Assembly (NCBI GenBank): GCA_031284605.1
Contig: JAITXV010000114.1
Location: 1 to 56,754, forward strand
Direction of reading: 5' to 3'
From: Acholeplasmatales bacterium
GTDB lineage: Bacteria > Bacillota_I > Bacilli_A > Acholeplasmatales > Acholeplasmataceae
Length of the DNA: 56,754 nucleotides
Shown: piece after piece, positions 42,125 to 48,843 of the stretch
Layout: each line of letters starts with the position of its first letter
Numbering within the stretch: position 1 is the first letter of the stretch
Translations under genes and position numbers: made by a program
Notes under the pieces: model-generated
Database searches by the model: none
The model's input: the letters and a program-made list of their open reading frames with translations, nothing else
What the model was told of the DNA's origin: nothing

Positions 42125-43558
42125 ATGGCACAAGAAAACAATAAACAAGTAAAACAAATAACATCTATGGATACTGACTTTGCTCAGTGGTACAGCGATG
42201 TTTGTATGAAAGCAGAACTGATGGATTATTCTAGTGTTAAAGGATTCATTATTTATAGACCTTATGGATACGCTATTTGGGAAAATATTCAAAACTATCT
42301 AAATACCCAATTTAAAAAGACTGGTCATGATAATGTGTATATGCCTCTAGTGATTCCTGAGTCTTTATTTAATAAAGAAAAAGAACACGTTGAAGGATTC
42401 GCACCAGAAACAGCCTGCGTTACTTATGGAGGAAGCGAAGAGTTAGCCGAAAAACTTATTATAAGACCTACAAGTGAAGTATTATTTTGTGAACATTATA
42501 AAAATATAGTTTCTTCATACCGTGATTTACCTAAAAAATATAATCAATGGTGTAGTGTGGTAAGATGGGAAAAAACAACAAGACCTTTTTTAAGAGGTAA
42601 GGAATTTTTGTGGCAAGAGGGTCATACTATTCACGAAACTGCTAAAGAAGCTAAAGAAGAAACTGCTAATATGTTAAAAATATATAAAAATATGGGTAAA
42701 AAGCTTTTAGCTATTCCTTTTGTTACAGGAGAAAAAACTGCTAAAGAAAAGTTTGCGGGTGCTGAAAATACTTATGCTATTGAAGCATTAATGCACGATG
42801 GAAAAGCTCTTCAAAGTGGAACAAGCCATTATTTTGGACAAAACTTTTCTAAAGCTTTTGGAATTGAATTTTTAAATAATGAAAATAAAAAAGAATTTGT
42901 ATATCAAACTAGTTGGGGAGTTTCAACTAGACTTATTGGTGCTATTATTATGGTACACGGTGATGATAATGGATTGGTTTTACCTCCTTACGTTGCTCCT
43001 AAACAAATAGTTATTATTCCAATCCAAAGTCAAAAAGAAGAAGTTCAAAATGCTTGTAAAACTTTAAGTTATAAATTAATTAGAAAAGGTTATAGGGTTT
43101 ATGTTGATAATACTAACAGGACACCTGGATATAAGTTTTCAGAATGTGAAATGAGAGGCATTCCGTTAAGAATAGAAATAGGACCTAGAGATTTAGAAAA
43201 TAATGAAGTAACTTTAGTTACTAGGTATAATGGGGTTAAAACTAAATATAACATAGATGCTGTACCTGCTTTAATTGAAGGTTTATTAAAAGAAATCAAT
43301 GATAATATGTATAATAAAGCTTTAGCTCATGTTACTGCTAATACTAGAGTAGCTACTACTGAAGAAGAATTTAGTACTTATATTAACATGGGTGGTTATG
43401 TGAAACTTTGTATAAGTGGAAATGAAGCTGAAAATATAATTAAAGAAAAATATCAAGCTACTGCTAGAGTTATTTTAAGAGAAAAACCTTATATTAGTAT
43501 TTGTCCTATAACTAATCAAAAAGTTACACAAGTGGTGTTATTCGCAAGAGCTTATTAG
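42125..43558 (+). CDS. proS: Proline--tRNA ligase (archaeal/eukaryote-like class IIa form, no INS editing domain)
   Basis: 477 aa. FAQWYSDVCMKAELMDY, IRPTSE, VVRWE and GTSHYFGQNFSKAFGI. It starts 2 nt after cvfB. Confidence 0.92.
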   Translation: MAQENNKQVKQITSMDTDFAQWYSDVCMKAELMDYSSVKGFIIYRPYGYAIWENIQNYLNTQFKKTGHDNVYMPLVIPESLFNKEKEHVEGFAPETACVTYGGSEELAEKLIIRPTSEVLFCEHYKNIVSSYRDLPKKYNQWCSVVRWEKTTRPFLRGKEFLWQEGHTIHETAKEAKEETANMLKIYKNMGKKLLAIPFVTGEKTAKEKFAGAENTYAIEALMHDGKALQSGTSHYFGQNFSKAFGIEFLNNENKKEFVYQTSWGVSTRLIGAIIMVHGDDNGLVLPPYVAPKQIVIIPIQSQKEEVQNACKTLSYKLIRKGYRVYVDNTNRTPGYKFSECEMRGIPLRIEIGPRDLENNEVTLVTRYNGVKTKYNIDAVPALIEGLLKEINDNMYNKALAHVTANTRVATTEEEFSTYINMGGYVKLCISGNEAENIIKEKYQATARVILREKPYISICPITNQKVTQVVLFARAY

Positions 43559-43597
43559 TTCTTGATAATATAAAAATAAAAAAAGGAGATTTAAAAA

Positions 43598-44080
43598 ATG
43601 GCTAAAAAAAGAAAAAGTGGTATTAATTTATTAGGTTTAGTAAGTGCATGTGTTGGTGTAGTAAGTGTTTTATTATACGGACTTCTTAAAGTTGGAGGAT
43701 CTCAAGCTAAATTACTTGGAAACTGGAAAGATAGTGACAAATTTGTAAGTGGATTTCAATTCGCATTTGGAAATAAAGAGACACTAAATGTTACAGGATA
43801 CTCTAGCGATCCCCATTGGATAGGAATTGTAGCTATAGTATTAGTAGCTTTAGGTATCGCTGCCATATTGATTTATGCATTAGCTAAAGTTAAAGGTGCA
43901 GCTTACGTAGCAGCTTTAGTTTTTGTTTTAGCAGGTGTAGCTATGCTTCTTAGTGTTGCTTTAAGTGGAGAAGAAAACAATTCAATATTCAGACATGTCT
44001 TAGGTGTAGGTGCTATTGTTGGTGGTATCTTAAGTATTGGTGCCGGAGCACTTAGTTGCTTTGTAGTTGTAAAAAAATAA
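43598..44080 (+). CDS. Small Gly/Ala-rich membrane protein, unknown function
   Basis: 160 aa with 4 hydrophobic segments. SD AAGGAG lies upstream. Confidence 0.45.
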   Translation: MAKKRKSGINLLGLVSACVGVVSVLLYGLLKVGGSQAKLLGNWKDSDKFVSGFQFAFGNKETLNVTGYSSDPHWIGIVAIVLVALGIAAILIYALAKVKGAAYVAALVFVLAGVAMLLSVALSGEENNSIFRHVLGVGAIVGGILSIGAGALSCFVVVKK

Positions 44081-44100
44081 CTAAATTTAGTAATAAAAAA

Positions 44101-44128
44101 AACTCTTGAATAATTCAAGAGTTTTTCT
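44101..44128. terminator. Bidirectional terminator
   Basis: Stem AACTCTTGAA / TTCAAGAGTT with loop TAA, flanked by A7 and T5. Confidence 0.8.
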
Positions 44129-44129
44129 T

Positions 44130-44615
44130 TTACTCATTTTCCTTAAAATTGTCAGTTGTGATAAAGAATCCAATTATTAAGATTGCCATAGCATATATTA
44201 ATGACACTATTACATTCATATTTTTAATAAATATCATACTAGAGTTACTAAAACGCTTTTTTACAATTCCTATTACATCTTCATTAGATACTTTAAATTT
44301 TTCATTTCGCTCATCTTCATCTATTATTATGATTATATGGTCTGTATTAACTTCTTTTATTTGTTCCATAATAACTAGATTATCCGTAGCTTCTGATATA
44401 AAAAGTATATAATCATCAACTTTATAGTTTTTTGAATTTTCAATTACCACAACACACTCAGTTTTGGAATCAGGAGATACACTTTCATTTACAATATACA
44501 TCTTATTTTTTAAATTTTCTGTACTAAAAAATATTACTAATGGTCCTAGAACTATTATTAAAACAAATATTATCATTTTAATAATATAGCTTTTTACTTT
44601 ACTATTTTTACTCAT
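44130..44615 (-). CDS. SipW-like (S26B) signal-peptidase paralogue, predicted catalytically inactive
   Basis: It has the same architecture as the adjacent sipW (N-terminal TM, beta core, C-terminal TM) and aligns with it. ESVSP matches GSMDP, DDYILFIS matches GDIIAYIS, and EDVIGIVKK matches DNVIGKCV. The HRV box is IMEQ and GDN is DED. Confidence 0.5.
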   Translation of the reverse strand: MSKNSKVKSYIIKMIIFVLIIVLGPLVIFFSTENLKNKMYIVNESVSPDSKTECVVVIENSKNYKVDDYILFISEATDNLVIMEQIKEVNTDHIIIIIDEDERNEKFKVSNEDVIGIVKKRFSNSSMIFIKNMNVIVSLIYAMAILIIGFFITTDNFKENE

Positions 44616-44626
44616 AATGAACCATC

Positions 44627-45901
44627 TTATAAACTAATATATTTAGGTACATCTTCACAAACAGACACATAGCCTAAACCTAGTTGACCATCTTCATTAT
44701 TTCCAAACACAACTATTCTATCTTTAGATGTTGATATCATTGTGTATAGTACACCTAAACTAATTTGAACTGGTACTTCTTTATTTAAATAATTGATACC
44801 ATTTAGTTTTGTAAGTACAATGTGAGGGTCATAACTAACTCCATCACCTGTTTGTCCGTACGAACGGTCTCCTGCCATATATATATTGTATTTATTAGTT
44901 AAAACTGCCATATTGTAAACTATAATATCAACTTCAATTATTTTTTCATTTGGCCCTAGAGATGGTAAAGTAGCGAATGTGAGAGTAGTTACTGGTGAGT
45001 AAGTATTAACTCCTAATTGATAACCATCATTTGAGCCACAAACTACTAACCTTCCAGATATAGTTAAATATGCTGTTGAATTTACGTCTGATTTAACAGA
45101 TACTATTTTTTCATTGTTAACAAATTCATTTAACTTTGTGTGTTTTGTTAAAGTACTATAAGAAGTACTAGGACTAGCACCAGGAACTCCAATGGCATAA
45201 TCAGTATTATATCCAACAAAGTATACATTTCCACCTACAGTTAGGAAAAATGTTTGATCTTCTCCTAAAACAATATTAACTATCTTATCAGTACCAACTG
45301 CAGATGTATTTACTTTAGCTGGTTTTGTATATACCGCGAATCTATCTGGCTGAGCTGCTTTATAGTGAATATTTGAACCACAAGAAAATACATTGCCTAA
45401 GTTAGTTAAAAAGAAACTTCTAGAATCAATTCTACAATTAACATATATTACTTTTTCATTTGGTTTTAAACCATTTATATTAATTAGTGTTGGTGTTGTT
45501 ACCACATTTGAATGGTTTAAACCTAATACATAATCTTCATTTTTTCCAAATCCGTATACATTACCATTTTCAGTTAGTACTAATGCGTTTTCTAAACCTG
45601 TTGAAACATATACTACGTTTGATAAACTATTTATTTTGCTTGGTGATAAAATATCATTTGTTGTTCCATTACCTAGTTGACCGCTATAATTAACTCCCCA
45701 AGAATATAAATCATGGTTTTTGGAAATAGCTAACGTATTTCTATAGTTAGTTTTAACTGCGGTGTAAGAATAATTAGTTTGTAATAATGTTTTTGTATCA
45801 ATCCATGTACTACTTCTAAAATACGAAAAAGCACTAGGAATGATAAAGAAAAACGCTAATGCCATACAGCAGGAGATAATTAAATATTTTATAATTTTCA
45901 T
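44627..45901 (-). CDS. Secreted 7-bladed RCC1-repeat beta-propeller protein with SipW-type signal-like N-terminus
   Basis: Seven repeats are visible: YSWGVNYSGQLGNG, VYGFGKNEDYVLG, VFSCGSNIHYKA, VYFVGYNTDYAIG, LVVCGSNDGYQLG, IYMAGDRSYGQTGDG and VVFGNNEDGQLGLG. The preferred start is ATG 45901 (MKIIKY), with SD GGAGG 5 nt upstream and an ATGA overlap with the sipW stop. The track start at 45913 is less likely. Confidence 0.8.
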   Translation of the reverse strand: MKIIKYLIISCCMALAFFFIIPSAFSYFRSSTWIDTKTLLQTNYSYTAVKTNYRNTLAISKNHDLYSWGVNYSGQLGNGTTNDILSPSKINSLSNVVYVSTGLENALVLTENGNVYGFGKNEDYVLGLNHSNVVTTPTLININGLKPNEKVIYVNCRIDSRSFFLTNLGNVFSCGSNIHYKAAQPDRFAVYTKPAKVNTSAVGTDKIVNIVLGEDQTFFLTVGGNVYFVGYNTDYAIGVPGASPSTSYSTLTKHTKLNEFVNNEKIVSVKSDVNSTAYLTISGRLVVCGSNDGYQLGVNTYSPVTTLTFATLPSLGPNEKIIEVDIIVYNMAVLTNKYNIYMAGDRSYGQTGDGVSYDPHIVLTKLNGINYLNKEVPVQISLGVLYTMISTSKDRIVVFGNNEDGQLGLGYVSVCEDVPKYISL

Positions 45902-46404
45902 GTCTTCCTCCATTCTTTTTTTATTAGATTTAAAATTAGCACAGTGCTAGTTACTATTATTCCTATAATTGCTATAAAAATAATCAACCCTTGCAGAGTA
46001 CTAACTCTACTAATAAACGTGCTAATTTTATTATTTATATTAACACATTTTCCTATTACATTGTCTTTCTTAACTTTTTCTGTGTTGCCTTTGCTTACAT
46101 TATCACCTTGTGTTATATAACTATCATCCTCTATCTTGGTAACTCTATGTACAACCACTTTATTGCTAAGTTCTTCACTTATATAAGCAATTATGTCACC
46201 TTCATTTATTGAAACTGAAGATGCTTTTTTGATTGTAACAATAGAGTTAATTTTGATAGATGGATCCATAGAACCACTTTTTATTGTGTAATATCTATAA
46301 CCAAATAAAAATACTTTTTGATTATTTTTATACACAAATGCAAATGGAACTATTAATAATAAGATTACTAAGGCAACCGCCCAAAGTATCCTTTTTTTAA
46401 TCAA
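45898..46404 (-). CDS. sipW: Signal peptidase I, SipW/archaeal (S26B) type
   Basis: 168 aa. Catalytic Ser box SGSMDP, His box VVHRV and GDN box QGDNV, with N- and C-terminal TM helices. Confidence 0.85.
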   Translation of the reverse strand: MIKKRILWAVALVILLLIVPFAFVYKNNQKVFLFGYRYYTIKSGSMDPSIKINSIVTIKKASSVSINEGDIIAYISEELSNKVVVHRVTKIEDDSYITQGDNVSKGNTEKVKKDNVIGKCVNINNKISTFISRVSTLQGLIIFIAIIGIIVTSTVLILNLIKKEWRKT

Positions 46405-46416
46405 TTACTTTACTAC

Positions 46417-47085
46417 CTAAAATGTTGGAATACTTTGATCGTTATTACGATATTGAATTGCATAAGCAGCGGCTGTTACGTTAAAAGTTAAACCTTGGCA
46501 TTCATTGCCAGCTGTAGGTGATAGATAAATTGTAAATTGAATAGAATATACATTAGAACCAGCAAATACATAATTATCATCAAAAGATTCAGCGCTGTCG
46601 CTTTCTGTTTCTGCTGCAGTACCAGTACCATCAATAATTACTGCACCACTTGATATTTTACCACTATCTAAAGTAAGTTTTTTACTGTTATCAGCTGAGC
46701 TGATAAATTGTGCTATTTCTGCACTAGTATATTCACCTTCCCAGAAAGTTAATCCTGCTAGTAAATTTGCAGGGATTGTACCAAAATCTAATTCAGCTTT
46801 TAACCAAGCACTCTTTGATCCGTTGTTAGTTATAGCTGCAGTAACTACTATAGCATCACCAGGATTTATATTGTCTAGACTTGATTTTACAACTCCGTTT
46901 TGTTTCATTGTTTCAGTTCCACTAATATTAAGGGTACCTGCTGTAACAGCTATGCTGTTTCCAGTATAGGCATCTGTGAAAAATGAATACGCTGCGCCTA
47001 CTGCGCCACCAACTAATAATAACAGTAATAATAATAGTAAGGCTATCTTTTTACTGCCTTTAAATTCTTTTTTTTGTTCATTCAT
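46417..47085 (-). CDS. TasA/CalY/camelysin-family (M73-like) secreted fibre protein with SipW-cognate signal peptide
   Basis: A basic N-terminus is followed by an L-rich h-region and AAYSFFTDAY (compare the AyFsD motif of SipW substrates). Then come AGTLNISG, NINPGD and ITNNGS blocks, ending in AAAYAIQYRNN. Confidence 0.8.
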   Translation of the reverse strand: MNEQKKEFKGSKKIALLLLLLLLLVGGAVGAAYSFFTDAYTGNSIAVTAGTLNISGTETMKQNGVVKSSLDNINPGDAIVVTAAITNNGSKSAWLKAELDFGTIPANLLAGLTFWEGEYTSAEIAQFISSADNSKKLTLDSGKISSGAVIIDGTGTAAETESDSAESFDDNYVFAGSNVYSIQFTIYLSPTAGNECQGLTFNVTAAAYAIQYRNNDQSIPTF

Positions 47086-47123
47086 AATTTTTACCTCTTT
47101 CGCTTACCATTGTAAGCATATCT

Positions 47124-47152
47124 ACTATAACATAAAAAAAAACAAATGTAAA
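47124..47152 (-). promoter_or_regulatory. Putative promoter of the tasA-like operon with a T9 tract in the spacer
   Basis: On the minus strand, TTTACA (47152..47147) is followed by a 17-nt spacer and TATAGT (47129..47124). The spacer contains T9 (plus-strand A9, 47134..47142). Confidence 0.4.
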
Positions 47153-47336
47153 GTGTTAGAAATTACTTTGTTTAAATACGCTTGTAGTCGCAACTTTTTA
47201 TTAATTCTAGCGGTTTGATTTTTAACTATAATATCATTGTTGCGGTTGAAAACGTCAAAATAATGCAAATAGTAAGTTTTATTTATACTAATATGATACA
47301 ATATAAGTATAAATAATAATAAAAGGAGGTACTAAT

Positions 47337-48710
47337 ATGGATATATTACGATATATAATTAAGTACAATCATTGGTGGAACGCTGGTGAAATTAACAAAA
47401 ATATGACACAAGATATTAAAAGGAGTGAGTTCGAACAAATAATGGATTTGTTAGATTCTAAACGTATAACTATGTTAGTTGGACCAAGAAGATGTGGTAT
47501 GACTACCTTATTATACCAAAGTATCGATGAGTTATTAAAAAGAGGAGTTAAACCAAGTAATATTATATTTTTTGATGGAGATGATGCTTTAATATTTGAT
47601 TCGCATATTACAATAGGAGATATATTTAGTATATATGAAAGAGATATTTTAGGAAACAATGTAGAAGATATAAATGAAAAAGTATATATAGTTGTTGATA
47701 ATATAAGTTTTTTGAAAGATTGGTCTTTATATTTAAAAAATTATTTGAAAGAATATCCAAATATTAAATTTATTATGTCAAGCAGCATAGCCTCAAATAT
47801 TTTTAAAATAGCCAAAGAAGAATTAATTAGTAAAATGGATATTATTAATATTTTCCCACTTAAAACTAATCAGTTTGTGGATTCACATTTATTTTTTAAC
47901 GCAGATAGTATGAACTTTACATCTTTATTACCAAAAGTATCATTATTTGAAGACCCAAAACAATATTTTGAAAGTTTAAGAGAAAAGATGCCAAATTTAT
48001 TATTTTATGAAAATAAGATTAATAACATAGTTAATAAATATTTGTTAGCAGGAGGATATCCTGAGTTTAGAGAAACTTCTAAAATAGATTTGTGGCAAAA
48101 AAGAACTAATCAAGATATCATATCTCATGGATTCTTTAGAGATATTATGTCACTATATTCTATTAAAAATCCATATAAATTAGTAGAACTGTTTTATTAT
48201 TTAGCTAAAAATGATGGAAATACTTTTTCATATAATTCAATAGGTCAAGAACTTAAATTAGATAATGAGACTGTATTAGAATATATTACTTTTCTTAGGA
48301 AGGCTGGATATTTGATAATTGAAACTGTATATTCAAAACATTCATATTTTGAATATAAATCACCAAAAAGAATATTATTTTTAGATAATGGTATAAGAAA
48401 TTCTATAGTAAGAGAAACAAGTATGAATATTGATTTGAAAAAGAAATGCGCAAGAACTTCTCTTAACTTTCTAGCTTTTATGAGTTGTTTAGATAATAAT
48501 TGGAACTTGTTTTACGAATCTAAAAATAACCATAACATAGTAATTGATAAAATTAATTCTAATTTAGTAATTAAACCTAAATTTACTAATAATGTTACTC
48601 CAGATGATTTTAGTAAAATTGATGATAATACTATAAACATTGTAGTTACATCAAGTTTATTAGATTATAAGGATAATACCTACTATATTCCTTTTTGGTT
48701 AGTTAATTAA
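47337..48710 (+). CDS. AAA_14/DUF4143-family ATPase-like protein with degenerate Walker motifs
   Basis: 457 aa. The family-typical layout VGPRRCGMTTL...VYIVVDNISFLKDW...GGYPEF is present. Walker A is GPRRCGMT (Lys to Met, ATG 47499..47501) and Walker B is DN instead of DE. A strong SD AAGGAGG lies upstream. Confidence 0.7.
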   Translation: MDILRYIIKYNHWWNAGEINKNMTQDIKRSEFEQIMDLLDSKRITMLVGPRRCGMTTLLYQSIDELLKRGVKPSNIIFFDGDDALIFDSHITIGDIFSIYERDILGNNVEDINEKVYIVVDNISFLKDWSLYLKNYLKEYPNIKFIMSSSIASNIFKIAKEELISKMDIINIFPLKTNQFVDSHLFFNADSMNFTSLLPKVSLFEDPKQYFESLREKMPNLLFYENKINNIVNKYLLAGGYPEFRETSKIDLWQKRTNQDIISHGFFRDIMSLYSIKNPYKLVELFYYLAKNDGNTFSYNSIGQELKLDNETVLEYITFLRKAGYLIIETVYSKHSYFEYKSPKRILFLDNGIRNSIVRETSMNIDLKKKCARTSLNFLAFMSCLDNNWNLFYESKNNHNIVIDKINSNLVIKPKFTNNVTPDDFSKIDDNTINIVVTSSLLDYKDNTYYIPFWLVN

Positions 48711-48760
48711 TAAATTGTTTAATAAGGCTCTAATTAAGTAATTATTGATTTATAAAATTA

Positions 48761-48793
48761 AAAATGGTAAATCTGCATAAGATCTACCATTTT
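48761..48793. terminator. Bidirectional terminator
   Basis: Stem AAAATGGTAAATCT / AGATCTACCATTTT (one mismatch) with loop GCATA, between convergent genes. Confidence 0.65.
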
Positions 48794-48843
48794 TATTAAA
48801 ACACTAACTTTCTTTAAATATTAAATAAAATTGTTATTAGAAA

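Noticed and set aside
45902-45913. The track start (MEEDM) for the RCC1 gene.
   Set aside because: The downstream ATG at 45901 has a GGAGG SD at ideal spacing and forms an ATGA overlap with the sipW stop. The upstream ATG lies within that SD.
47189-47244. Inverted repeat CGCAAC ... GTTGCG in the tasA-like/AAA intergenic region as an operator.
   Set aside because: Only 6 bp are repeated, separated by 44 nt. This is easily explained by chance.
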